From Microbotryum violaceum (lineage: Eukaryota), in NCBI GenBank assembly GCA_001244265.2, contig CDLV01000006.1:1984001-2048000 (forward strand): 64,000 nt of DNA. Direction: 5' to 3'. The notes under the pieces are model-generated. The model had not been told where the DNA came from. It searched no databases and worked only from the letters and a program-made list of their open reading frames with translations. Positions 21,048 to 33,954 of the stretch are shown here, piece by piece; positions within the stretch are counted from its first letter, which is position 1; the number at the start of each line of letters is the position of its first letter. The position numbers were made by a program, and so were the translations under genes.

Positions 21048-23484
21048 ATGTCCATCACCGAGGTGATTCAGCCGGCCATCTACCCTTCATTCGCCGCTGC
21101 TGCCGCTGCTGCCTCGACTTCGGGCTCCAGCTCCAGCTTCAGAACCATCTCGAAACCCATCGCAGCCAATCTTTCCTCACTCTCGTTACCCCTATCCACT
21201 TCGACAACAATAAAGATGCCCATCGATCCACAAGCTCTTAAGCAGGACTTTGACGCCGGCGTCGACAAGATGCGCTTCGCGACCAATGCGCCGACGCCCG
21301 GTGGTGACATCGTGCTCGGATCCGGATCCGCGTCGCTGCAGAGTTCTTCGTCGCAGGCGATGCTCATGAACGGCGGAGGTCGCGCTAGCAGCATACCTGG
21401 CTCAACCCTAATGAACGATGCGATGACCGGTGGACCCATCAACGCGAATGATCCTCCCAACTACGGTCCTGGGGGCTTTGGCGGTGCCGCGGCGTCGTTC
21501 ATTTCGGCCCACGCGCCCGAGATGCAGCAGCAGCCGTTGGGCGCTTTCGGTCCAGCTTCGCCCTTCTTCGGTGCCGCGACTCTTCCACCGCCACCACAAG
21601 TCGGCAGCTTTGGTGGGTCCCCTGCGCTCTCGTCGAACGGCTTCTCGAGCCCCTTCCTCGGCCAACCCGGTCAGGCAACGTTCGAGGGCCACTCTGCACC
21701 GCAGCAGCAGCAGAATCAAAACCGCCGAGGTGTGGCGCAGTCGACTAGCCCCTATGCCACGTTCGGATCGCCGGCCCATGCGAACGGGCCAACACCGAAC
21801 AATGGCCAGCCTGGCTTCAACGCGACGGGCATGAATGGCTATGGCTCGCCCTCGATGATGGGGATGATGTCGCCGATGATGAACATGTCCTTGCCTCAGC
21901 TGGGCGCTCCCTTTGCGAACCAGGGCGGCTTCAACTCGGGCCAGCCTAACATCTTCCCGATGAGGCCTACGGCCAACAACCTTGCCAGTCTGGGCCACAA
22001 CAACCTCAACCCTACGCCAACAGTAAGTGTCCTGGCCGAAATCTTCGTCGAATCTCCGACCCTATGATCCGCAAAGCTGACGTGCCTCGTTTCACCTGAG
22101 CCCATAGGGACGTACGGTCTATGTCGGAAACTTGCCCTCGGATGCTTCGGTCGACGAACTGCTCAGCCTCATTCGGTTCGGCCCCATCGAGGCCGTCAAG
22201 ATCATCCCCGAGAAAAGCTGCGCGTTTATCTCCTTCCTCGACCAACTCACCGCCGCCGCATTTCACTCGGACGCCGTCTTGCGTAAGCTGCGACTTCACG
22301 AGAACGACCTCAGAATCGGATGGGGCAAGCCTACTGTCGTTCCGGCCATCGTTGCTCAGGCGGTGCAGCAATCTGGTGCGACCAGGAACGTCTACCTCGG
22401 CAACCTCGACGAGTCGACAACGGAGGAGAGCCTGCGCGACGACCTGTCGCGGTTCGGCCCCATCGACCAGGTCAAGATCGTCCGTGACAAGAATATCGCC
22501 TTTGTCCATTTCCTGTCGATCGGTACCGCCATCAAGGTCATCCAGGCTTTGATCGCCGAGCCCGAGTACGCGGGTAAGCGAGTCTCTTTCGGCAAGGATC
22601 GCACGGCGTACGTTCCGAGGAGTCAACAACAGCAGGCGCAGCATAACCTCGCAGCCGCAGCTATGGGCCAGATGGCGGCCAACTATGGTATGTACAGTGC
22701 CTTTGGCTCGCCTCACTTCCCCGATGGTGTTGGCTCTCAAACGCTAGGCAGTGACCCCAACGGCGTCCCTGGCAACCGCACCATCTACCTCGGCAACATC
22801 CACCCTGATTCGACGACGGAGGAAATCTGCAACACGATCCGAGGAGGCATCTTGCAACAAGTGCGCTACATCCCCGAGAAGCACATTTGCTTCATCACCT
22901 TTGTCGAGCCGCAGTGCGCACTCGCTTTCTACCAGCATGCGTCGTACCAGGGCCTCGCTTTGCACAACCGTCGCCTTAAGATCGGTTGGGGCAAGAACTC
23001 GGGGACGACGCCGCCTGGGATCGCCATGGTCGTGCAGTCGGGTGGATCGCGCAACGTCTACGTCGGCAATATCGAGGACTTTGAGCGCTTCTCTGAAGAG
23101 CGACTGCGGAAGGACTTTGGCGAGTACGGCGATATCGAGCTCGTCAACTTTTTGCGCGAGAAGCAATGCTGCTTTGTCAACTTCACTAACATCGCCAACG
23201 CCATCAAAGCGATCGAGGGCATCAAAGCGAACCCCGAGTACGCCGGGATCAAGATCAGCTTCGGCAAGGATCGGTGCGGTGGACTGCCTCGTTCGTACCC
23301 GTCGACGCAAAGTCGCGTTCGGCACCATCACCACCACCACTACCACCCTCAGCAAGCCCCACTCCCCGGCATAAGCTCGCCTTCGGTCGGCGCGGGCCAC
23401 GACGGTTTCGACACGTCGGCGATGCCTCACTCGTCGGGTCTCATGCTCGAAGATGGCGCGAATCAGTCCGTCGCCGTCGCATAA
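21048..23484 (+). CDS. MRN1: four-RRM RNA-binding protein, Mrn1/S. pombe Nrd1 type
   Basis: Low-complexity N-terminus (start 21048 or 21216), intron ~22024-22108, then repeats RTVYVGN, ATRNVYLG, NRTIYLGN and GSRNVYVGN with IGWGK/FGKDR ends. Confidence 0.88.
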
Positions 23485-24090
23485 GCCTGTCCTTTCGATT
23501 CCCTTCCTTGTCGGTTCGCACACACGCATCTGTTCGCTCGGTCGTTCTTCAGCTCGCAAGTTTCTTTTTCCTCTCCCATAAGCCCGTGGCGAGTTCCCTT
23601 TCTGCTTCTCACTCTCCCCGCGTTTGTTTCGCTTTCTCGTCCACTTTCTCGGGTCTTTTCGCTTTCCCCCTTCGGTAGATATCTATACCCCCTTTTTTCT
23701 TGGGTTCGTCTGGGGCTTCACTTCATGGTTCGCGCCTACCTCTGTCCAGTTTGTCCGGTTTGTCCTCTTGGCCAGTGGACCCTCTCTGCCGACAATTCTT
23801 TTCAGCCTCTTTTGAAAACAGAATTCTGGGGAGTAGTTTTCTTTAACTACTGGTTTCTCGTCTTTTGCTCCTTTCTTGCTCTTGTACTGTCCTGCATGCT
23901 CACCCCAAGACACTCGTTCATCCATCTCCTTCTCCGGATCACGTGTTCGCTGCTCAGATCCTGCCCCTAAACATCGGAATTTACACTCTGTGGTGTGCGG
24001 GAGAATTCCCATCGGAATGACCGATCGAGCTGTTCGAAAAAGAAAGCAAAAAAAAAGAAGAAAAAAAGCTCTGGAGGCGAGCTCAGCCTG

Positions 24091-26426
24091 GGTTACGTTC
24101 ATTTCTCAAATCGCGCGAAATTGGCTTTTCGGGTTTAGTGGGGTTTTAGGCCATTTGGAAATGAACGCCCCGTCGCCGCGCGCGCGGTTTTAGTGGGTTT
24201 TAGTCAGGCTGGAGTCGGTGGGCCCACAACAGCTCTGAGAGGCCGTAGGCAGCGATTCGATTGACGAGTCGATGCGACTCCGTCGCCGTTCTTAGTATAC
24301 TCATCTGTCCACAATGGCTCGTAGAAGCGCCATCCAACAAGTCCAGCTCGAGATCGAAAACACGGAATATGCGCTTGACAAACTGGTCTCCTTCAACCAT
24401 TCACTCATGCAGGAGATGGAGATGGATTCTCAATCCGAATATTCAACCGACGCGACTGGTACGGACACCGACGCGTCGTCTCCTACAGCCTCTTCCACAC
24501 TGTCGGAACATCTGCGATCCGTCTTTCCCGCTTCTCCTCTAACTCAAAATATAACAAACGGACCGTCCAGCATCTCATCGATTTGTCATGTGCCTCCTCT
24601 CCCCCCTCTCCGGTATCATCGGCTCCCGAATTTTACGCTGCGTCGTCCGAGTCCGATGGAGGCGCCGAATATCTTGACGCGTTGAAGGAGCTCCGCAATG
24701 ATCAGTTTCACTCCAACTACAACTCGGCATTGGCAGCCGACATCTTGAGGCTTACACTGTGAAGCAGCAGGTCTCGCTCGCCAACGCTACCTCAATCGGG
24801 CACATAAATACATCCCTATACCACCCGGCCACGGGTTGAGCAGGTGCCTCGATGAGGATCGCCAACTGAACGACGAGGAACCTGCGACGGAGCTTCGCAT
24901 GAGCAGACAAGCATTTAACGAGCTGTACGAAGCCTTGAGTCTTAATTTAATTCTGTAGTATCCTCAAATATTCTTCGAAGTTTTGTGGCCTGATCGGCTG
25001 CTCACTCATTGTCTTGTCAGATAAAGGATCACGCCGTGTTCAAGTCCCGAGGAAGAAAACCTCAGACGTCGCCGAGAATCCAACTCGCCGTCGCGTTGTG
25101 GCGCTTTGGTGGCTACGGGAACCGGACCTCGGCAAAGGGGGCCGTCCAGTGGTCCGGTTACAGCATCGGATCAGCGCTAAAATTTACCGATCGGGTCATG
25201 GTAGCGCTCAACGAGCCGAGTTTCCGTCAACAAATTACCCGCTGGCCGAATCAGGTGGAGCGCGATGGAGATCCAGACGTGCCCCGGATGGAGAAACGAG
25301 TGGTGCATGGTTGATGGCACCCTCATCTACCTAACGCGTACGCCAAATTGGTTCGGGGCAAGCTTCACTTGCCAAAAATCCGAGGCCGCCCTCAATATCC
25401 AAGTGAGTCGCGCCGCGGCGGAGCAAACGTGTCTGAGCGGTGCTTAAGTGGAGGGCGAGGGGGCCATCTGCTCGGCTTCTAATAATCAAGATCAATGGAC
25501 TGGCGAACTCAATCACATCTAAATCTACATATTTTATCATACTTCTCTGCTCGGGTGATCAGATCGTCAACACACCAGATGGACGCATCATTGATTATAC
25601 GACTGGGTCGCCAGGATCGGTTGCCGACGTCACCATTTGGAGACAGTCTCGAATCCACGAGAACCGAGAAACGCTGCTGGATCCAGTCGATTTTGTTCGC
25701 GCGGACTTGGGATATCCGCTGGAAAGCTGAGTTATGAGTAAGCCATACGATTCTACCTTCCTGACTGCCCACGACTGATGCACCTTTGTGCCGTGTTTGC
25801 GGTAGCGCCTTATTCACGCAGCGAGAGGGACTCGCGGGAGAACAAGCGCTTCAATTATTATGTCTCATGCGCGCGCTTTCGAGCAGAGCACACCAAGAGT
25901 GAATAACGCTGGATGACCGAGTACGCATGCTCAAGGAAGGGAGAAGTGGATAATCAAGATATGCTAGGAGCTGGTACAGGGATCGGGCAGAACGGGAAGG
26001 CGCGTCGGTGCGAGGTCAGGCCCATTTGCAGGGGCTGCGCGATGGACCGCGATGAAGCGCGCGCGTCGCGACAGCTTTCGAGTTTTTTCAGGTGGTTTTA
26101 AGCATGTATCAGGCTCTACACTAGTCTATACCATAGCATGGTTCCTTGGTAACATTCTCATAAGATATAATTCACAATACAGATGAATGAAATGGGAAAG
26201 TATATTATCACTACATTGTGTCATCGATGCATAGCCTGACTCGACTCAAGTGGATGGCACTACACCTCTACTAAAACCGAGGTTAAACCTCCTCATGAGG
26301 AGGTTTAACGCAACGGTTTTAGTGGAGGTTTAGTGGAGGTTTAGTGGATCGCGACCCTCCACTAAAACTCCCTAAAACCGCCTAAAACTCCCTTAAACCC
26401 GCGCGCGCCTAGAAATGAACGCAACC
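24091..26426 (+). mobile_element. PIF/Harbinger DNA transposon, degenerate
   Basis: TIRs GGTTACGTTCATTTCT (24091-24106) and AGAAATGAACGCAACC (26411-26426), 15/16 match; CTG duplication at 24088-24090 and 26427-26429; transposase remnants KPQ..QLAVALWRFGGYGN, VDGTLI, GSPGSVAD, ADLGYPL with stops. Confidence 0.9.
26270..26400. repeat. subterminal repeats and 28-bp perfect palindrome of the Harbinger
   Basis: GTTAAACCTCCTCATGAGGAGGTTTAAC (26282-26309); tandem GGTTTAGTGGA and CCTAAAAC units; matching GGTTTTAG units at the left end (24131-24204). Confidence 0.85.
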
Positions 26427-26637
26427 CTGGCAGGTGTCGGCCCCAGCGGCGGCGCTGGTGTGCTGCCATGCTGCCGGGGCGGCGCTGTGTGCTGCTATGC
26501 TGCCGGCTACCTTCGCTTACCCCACATCCACTCCAGTTCGACCGCGGTCGACTGAGGCTGCCTACGCGCCATCCAGATCGGCAGACGACGCGGTCGACTG
26601 AGTCACATCTATCGATCGCCCTGTGCGCACCTCCGAC

Positions 26638-29600
26638 AGTGAGTGACTGTGACCACTCGTGTACCGGTCAAGTGTGCGCTGCTGACGTGTCCAACCCACC
26701 CTGTGCCCCGGCTGGCCCTCCGTATGACGTTCGCTGTCCCGCCCACCGCGCAGTGGATACATACCCGAGCGAGTTCATCAGCCATCTTCATCCGCTGCTG
26801 TTCGCTGCTGGACTGGGACCGGCCGTACCAGCGACAGCGACTTCTCCGACCGATCCACCGGGACCGTCAGCCGCAGCTGCGCCTCCCACGAATGGCGTCG
26901 CAGGATCCACTGCACCCTCGGTGGCCTCACCATCACTTGCGAATGGAGACGAAGCATCTACGACATCGTCAGATCCGTTTGTGAGGCTCGTGGCGTCGTT
27001 GAGGAAGGCGTTCCAGGTAAGGAAGGGCTGGAGCATCTGGGACAACACTCGGGGAGCTCATCACGACTTTCACGCCGTATTGGTCGACAAGGTCAGTTGC
27101 AATAAACGTCAAAGTGTCTTCTGATTTCCCTGGATAATAAGACTTGGATCTGTTCGCTTGTGTTCGTACAGAACGTTCGTTTCCCTCCCATCAAGGCTCG
27201 ACCGGTCTCGGTACCTCCGGGCACACCGATCCCTCCGCTCCATTCGCCCATCTCACCGCTGTCCCCTTCGTCTCCCTTGTTTCCCGACGGCATCATGGCT
27301 CCGATATGGCTCCGAAAGCACCGCGAGATGATCCCCGCCGTCTTTATCCTCGTACTGCGCATTCACGAATACGATCACACCCAAGACGCTGACCCCCTCG
27401 ATGCTGCCAAGGCCAAGGACGACGAGGAGCGTCACCACGATACGGACCTCGTCAAGGAGATCCTGGACCGCAAACGACTTACAAGCGAACGAGGCATCAA
27501 GCTTGCCGTCGTGCTGCTGTGCTCTCGACGATTGCTCGACGATCCTGCGCTCGATCAACGGCTCTCGCTCATTCGGAGGCAGTCGGGCCTCGACTCGAGG
27601 GCGTCCTTATTCGTCATCTCGCCCGTTCCTCAAGCCGAGGTGACCAACTTTGTTCAAAGCCTGCGCGAAGAACTGTTCCCCGCCGCATTGGATTACTATC
27701 GCGAGCATGGGAGGAGGGTCCGGAGAAAGCGAGCGAGGCAGATGCCCAAGGGCGGTCTGAGCGACAAGGGTTGGAACGTGCGGTACGACTACAAGATGGC
27801 CTTCTTCTCCGAGATGCGAGGCGAGACCGAGGTTGCTCTCAAGTGAGTCTCCTAAACAGGCTAGGGACCTCACAGATTTTAGGACTCGAGCTGAGATAGG
27901 ATCCACACAGGCACTACGAAGACTGCTACAACACTCTGATCGGTATGTTCGCAAACAGCACATTACTCCCTCCACGAACAAAACGATGGGCCGAAGCAAA
28001 GGTTTTGGCAGATTGCACAAGTGTAAAGGTGAGCTAGAGTCGAGCTACTCTCTCGACTTGCAGAGCTGACCGTTACTCGTCCGTGAGCAGGTGGCCAAGA
28101 TGCACATGTATCTCAGTGAACCTTCTCTGGCCGTTGCTCAGCTGAACAGGCATGTCGCAACCTTTCGCGAACTGAGCAATACTTGGGGCATTGGGGACAA
28201 GACCTTCGAATTTTGGAGCTGGCAGTCGAAGCAGTAAGCTCGTTCACACCTAGGCCCACCCTTGGAAATGTCTGGCTCATAACTCTGCTCTTCGACGTCT
28301 AGATATCGCCTGTTCGGCGACCTCGTTGCCATCGGCATCAGGAACGGGTTCAGTCTACCCATCTTGCGACCGGTACCATCCTCACGCGTGCTGCCTCCAG
28401 GTGCTCCCCCACCACCTACTTCGGTGATGATGCCATCTAACGCACTCCAACACCCAGGGTACTACTTCTTCTTGGCCGCAGGGTGCGCCATCGAACGTTG
28501 GGAACGGTTTAAGGCGGTGAAAGCGGCTTATGAAGCCGCTCGGGATGCTGGTGCCGTCGCCCCGATACCGGAAGGGGGGAAAAGACCGCCACCGCTGGCG
28601 ATGGGGCCAGCCTTGACGCATGAATCGAAGGTGGATCATGCTGATATCATTATTGAGGTGCGCACGATTCTTGCCTCATTCTTTGAAATATGTTCTCTGA
28701 CGAATGTCACGAGCCGCTCATGCGTACAGCTGTACACGAAGGCATACGAGTTTTTTAAAGCCCACAGGACGAAGAATATGACGTTCTACGTCGCCTCGCA
28801 GATCGCCTTGACGCACTATGAAGCTGGGAACCACGAGATGGTGCTCAAGTAAGCCTTTACACCGGGACGCGGGTCACTCTTCAAAGTCGATGTGCTGACC
28901 CTTTCCTTTTGCAACTAGATTCAACGACCGGATCGCCAAGAACTACAGGAAAGACCGATGGTCCGGTGTGCTTGATTCGATCTTACAGCTTTCGCTTGAA
29001 TCGGCGCAGCGAATAGGAGATTGGGAGTCCGCGATCCGGTGTTGCTTGGAGTTGATGGCCCCGAGTCAGTTCCTGGGCGGGCAGCCGCGCATTGATATAA
29101 TCTGCGTACTGAGCTTCTGCATCTTTCCCACAGCGTCGCATATCACGGTCGATGAACGCGATCGGTACTCAGCCTTGGCTTTGGAGATGATGCAGGTGAG
29201 ATACGGCCGAATGGTGTCTCTGGGCGCAAAGCTTTAGTCGGCTGATTATGTGGGTCCCACGTAGACACGTGCCCCTGCATCGCCGGGGAAGTCGGCGCTC
29301 AGCTTCAGACCCACCGACTCAGCTCCTCTGTGTAAGTCCAATTCGCACAGGTGTTGCCTTGATTTGGCTGATCATCCCCCTACTTTCTCAGTTTATTGTC
29401 GCCTCGCTTTTTGGAGAGCTTCCGTCGACATTCGTGATGCTGCACCGTTCCAGCTCGTGCTCGAAGCGCCAACAAGCTCAAGATCCTCGGCCTTTATCTT
29501 CTCCGAGTTGGTCATCAACTTCACCGGCGGCGTGGGACCCATCATTGTCTCTCATTCAGGCGTGGAGACTCCCTCGAAATCATCGACTGAAGTCATTCGG

Positions 29601-31509
29601 TTGCTCGACAAGGGCGATGCTCGCCTGGAAGCTGATCTGTGTTGGCGAGATGGAAGCACGAAGACATTTGAAGGCGTGGTCACGGCGAATGAATCATGTG
29701 AACTCACAGTGAGTTGTGTTCGTGGCTTTGGAGTATGCTGTTCTCTGACGAGAGATGTTGTGGTCGTCCTAGGTGTCTGACGTTATCTTAAAGACCAAAA
29801 TTGGCGAATGGGATCTCTCGTTTGCCCTCCAGCCAGAAGTGCCCCCGACGACCTCAGCAGAGTGGTTTCTCAACTCCACGCAAAGGGTGTCGCTCTCGCA
29901 TCTCCAGTCTGGAGTATGCTCGTGAGTCGACTCTTGCCACTTGTGAAGTTCAAGGGCGCTGATACTCGTAACGTTCTCCCAGGGTGTCGGCGCGCAAACT
30001 TCGTCTCGACTTTTCAATCGAACATCTCTCACCAGCCTACGTCGGCGAAGTGTATCCCGTGCACATCGAATTCGTGAACGAAGATGAGTTTGATATCGAT
30101 GTCTACCTCGACATACTATTGCAACCGGGTGAAGATGAATCTCGTAGGTGTCCCCCCTCTCGCCGCAATCCTCTCAGATGTGCACATAATGCTAACGCGA
30201 CATTGTTCCGCAACTCCAGCCAACCGCATCCTCGTCGACGAAGAATGGTCTCTCTCGTTCATCAAAGGTATTTCACTCGGTACCATTACGCCAAAGACTC
30301 GTCTGCGAAAAACCATGCATCTCGAATGTGTCGGCGCGGCAGGTGACCGGCTACTAGATCTGTCTGTCCGGTCCATTGCATCTAGCTTGAAGACGGCACC
30401 GGTGGCTGAGGTCCCGAGCGCACCAGATAATGGCATCATCGAGCCTGCTCCCCCCTCAAACAACTTCACCGAGCTGCTGCGGAGCATCATCATCCCCGCC
30501 GTCTACCCCCTGCGCAGCGCCTTCCAAGTCATGGTCCATCAGAAGCGAAAGGCCTTGAAGCCCTTGTTGGACTTGGCACCGCCGAGCGAGTGGGATGCGG
30601 CTAGCGATGTGACCGTTGTAGGGACCATACACGCCGCTGGACCGTGGGATTTGGAGATGACGAGTTTGAAGCTCGTTTCGGAGGTGAGTCTTGTGGGGCA
30701 AGACTGATGATCATGATCGGAGACTGAACCGCTTATGCTACATTCGTCAGCGGACTGGGGGTGTTCGGGTCGTCCATTCGTCGCTCACACATTTGGACAA
30801 GAATGTATTACTCGATTGGAACGCGAGTGATCTGTTCAACTGCCTTTTTCAACTGGAGGTGGCGTCTTCACATGCACCCCATGCATCGTCAGCGCCTTTC
30901 ATCGAGGCGTACTGGCGGCGGCGGAGAAGTGCAGCCGCTGTCAGCCGAACTCTTCTTCCTCTGCCACCATTGGAACCCGTCATGCTCGAGCCAGCTGTGA
31001 CGCTCTCGCTCCCAGCTACTCTGCGTATCCACGAGCTGACAAAAATGCGGTACAAGTTCTCCAACCCGACCAATCGCGTCACCACGCTTTCGTTCACCGT
31101 CGAGGGAGCCGAACCCGGGACGTTCACCTTTGCTGGACCGCGCAAATACCCATCCTTCGTTCTCGCACCCGACGAAGAGAGAACCCTCGACATGGTCGTC
31201 GTACCCCTTGTGGTCGGACCGTGTGCCCTTCCGAGGATGCGAGTCTTCCACCACGAACGCGTGCCCCTCGCACCCGAAGATCAATCAAACGAGAGGGAAG
31301 CGCATCTCGACCCCTCGGCACCGGAGGAATCGGCACGCAGGGCTCGTGAACTGAAAGTCGTCGCCGAGACGGCTGTGCATGAGATGAAGGATCCCGCCCA
31401 GGTGCTGATGGAAGAGGATTTGAGAGCCGCGAGAGGCGGGGATCGCCTAGATGATGCGATTGGAAATCCACCACACTCGCCGTTCGTAGTCATGGTCTTG
31501 CCAAGATGA
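26638..31509 (+). CDS. TRAPPC11: TRAPP III subunit TRAPPC11 (foie gras/Gryzun family), multi-exon
   Basis: M|DTYPSEFISHLHPLLFAAGL, HSPISPLSPSSPLFPDGIMAPIWLRKH, DYYREHGRRVRRKR, GWNVRYDYKMAFFSE, QHPGYYFFLAA, FTFAGPR. The start codon appears split by intron 26639-26753. Confidence 0.88.
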
Positions 31510-31754
31510 CTCGAATTTTTGTTGTGAAATCTTACGCCTGGTCATACGAGCCTTTCTTGCCGGGAGGTCGGCGACAAAACGAGCTGCTTTCTGCTACTAG
31601 AGTGACAGCCACACCTTCGAGCATTTGGACAGACGTTAGGATTGCACATCAACCATACTTTGAGCGTCCAAACTTGTGCAATGTCATATTACACTGCAAA
31701 CGTCGCATGACAGCTTGTCTCCGGATTCGACCGCCGCTGTCGACAATGAAACTC

Positions 31755-33954
31755 TCAATCCAACCCTTGCGATCTCTTCCAACTATCCCACCTCCTCTGC
31801 CCCTCGACCAGGAGCTTCTCCTTACGTTCAATATCCTCACCCGCCAATCCCCGTTCGAGCATCCCGACGCCCAAGCCTATTCGCCCCGGAGTATGAGCCC
31901 CCTCCCCCTCCCACACCCCATTCTTGTGCCCTACGACCGACGCCCCATCCTGTCTGTTCTGTAAACTTTCCACCACAACCGTCAAAGCCTGATTCAGCGA
32001 CTCGTCCGTCTCCCAATCCTCTTCCCCCGTTTCTCGAAGATCGTCGAACCCGAACGCCGATCGACCTCGAAATCCAAGGCGAGAAGAGGCTGAGGTTCCC
32101 GAAGTTGTTCCGTCCTCGTCGAGTCCTCGTCTACTTCCTTGGCACCTTCGACGTAGGACGGCTGCGAAGCCAACGTCGTCTAGGAGAGCTCGAAGGTCCC
32201 TTGAAAGGCGTCGGGGCCACCAGTCCAATGTCCCCGGATCGATGAGAGCGTTCGCAAGTGTAGAAGGGTCGAATGTTGATAACTTTGAAGCCGTCGAAGC
32301 GCCTGCGGGTAGAGATAAAGGTCCATACCTCCCCGCGACGAGGCATTTTCTCGCATCGGGGGCGATCTCGACCAGTTCCTTGATCAGGACTTGCACCTCT
32401 TCGAATAAGGCTTCGAGGGACGTCGAAGGGGCCGGTGGGGTCGGTGTCATCCCTGTTGTTGGAGTGTCGGTGAAGTCGTTGTCGACCTGTTCGAGATCGT
32501 CAGAATCGACACTTATGGTCTCGTGTGGAGCGATCTCGGTCTCGATACCGACAAGGTTCAGAGTAGGGAACGAAAGCCTCCATCGCCGTGATCCTTCTTC
32601 GACGCAATGTTCCAACGCGTCGATCAGTTCGAGCACGAGTTGAACCTCGAACCCGTTCCCTCGGCGAGGGAAGGCCAAAGCTCTCGCTAATCGTTTCCTC
32701 AGAGGTGCGAGCGGGTTGATGTAAGAGGATTGAGAGGTCGAGGATACTGTGGCCCTATTCGAACTAAGCGCATAGTTGATGATGGACGGAGGTGAGTGAA
32801 TTTTACTCAACGAGGAGGGACCTGGCCAACCCGAACTGTTCACCCCATGACCGCCATAGGTGCTTCCCGTACCTAAAGAGTTGACGGATCCTCGTCTTCC
32901 AACGGCTGGATTGTACAACGAGGAACCATTGGACCATGTATCGGGAGTGTTTGTGTGACGTATTCGATCATTTGGCCCTAGATCGATCGAATTCGTCGAT
33001 GGCCACTGCCCAGAGCTCGATCGCGCATGTTCGGATTCCGAGGACGCTCCCGTTCGTGGCCGAGGCGGGTAGGAGTGAACCGACGATGAATCCGAAGTGG
33101 CTGAGATTGAATCGCGTCGACCTGGGAAGGACGATTGAGATCCCGTCCGGAACGAGTTGGCGGTGCGGTTGGAGTGGTTCGGAGGTGGCGCTCCACCTTG
33201 TGGGAGCAGCGGCATCGACGCCGTGGAGAGATCGCCGATTGTCGTCGAGTTGGAGAAAAGGGATGCTGTCCCTCTTGGACTACCACCGGACGATGAGGCG
33301 AAGGAGGATAAGGAGTTGCGATTCGGGTTGCGTGAATGAGCGCTCGTCGACGAGCCGCCGGGAGCTGCAACCCCGAAGGCGTGGGCCAATCCGCCGTTCG
33401 GCTGCAGCGATGACGATGCATTCGATACTTTCGAGCCTCTTCGAGCGGGGTCATGCTCAACGATCGAGGATGACCCGATGGACACAGCTCGAGAGTCGCC
33501 AAAAGGTGCGAGCGATCCGGACGAGTTGGAATGGGCGATGCTCGTGAGCTGCGTGTATGTGTAGTTGTCGTTGGGTCAGCGAACGGCCGAGAGAGGGCGC
33601 CTGAGCTCACTGCACGTCATCGTCGCCGAGGAGTGTCCACGGTGGACTCACGGGGTTGATCCCGTAATGGGAATCCTCAATTCCGTTGGTTAATGTCAGG
33701 GTCGGATTATTGTTAGACTCGAAGCGATAGGACCCATTCGCTAACGGACCCGCCTGCTCGCTCTCGGCCTGATGAAGCGAGGGCGTCGGAGTTTTGAGAG
33801 CAAGCTTGTTCGATCCACGGCGCAGGAAACCGGCCTTGGGTATTCCTCCACTAATGGGATTCTTCGCTAAGTATGCTGTCTGCAACGAGCCAAACACGTT
33901 CGTTCCCGATGAGGAGGAGGACGACGAGTTGGGAATGTTCGCCCCACTGCTCAT
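31755..33954 (-). CDS. hypothetical Ser-rich protein with a possibly folded C-terminal region
   Basis: ATG 33954; intron 33651-33549 (gtgagt..cag, phase 0) joins the 576-aa ORF 31755..33485. No known domain recognised. Confidence 0.7.

Noticed and set aside
22744-23559. Long antisense ORFs over GC-rich genes (also over HSP104, PLD and AsnRS)
   Set aside because: These are expected shadow ORFs from codon bias, with no independent motifs.
26310-26400. Interstitial telomere
   Set aside because: The units (GGTTTAGTGGA, CCTAAAAC) are not TTAGGG arrays, occur in both orientations and lie inside Harbinger TIRs.
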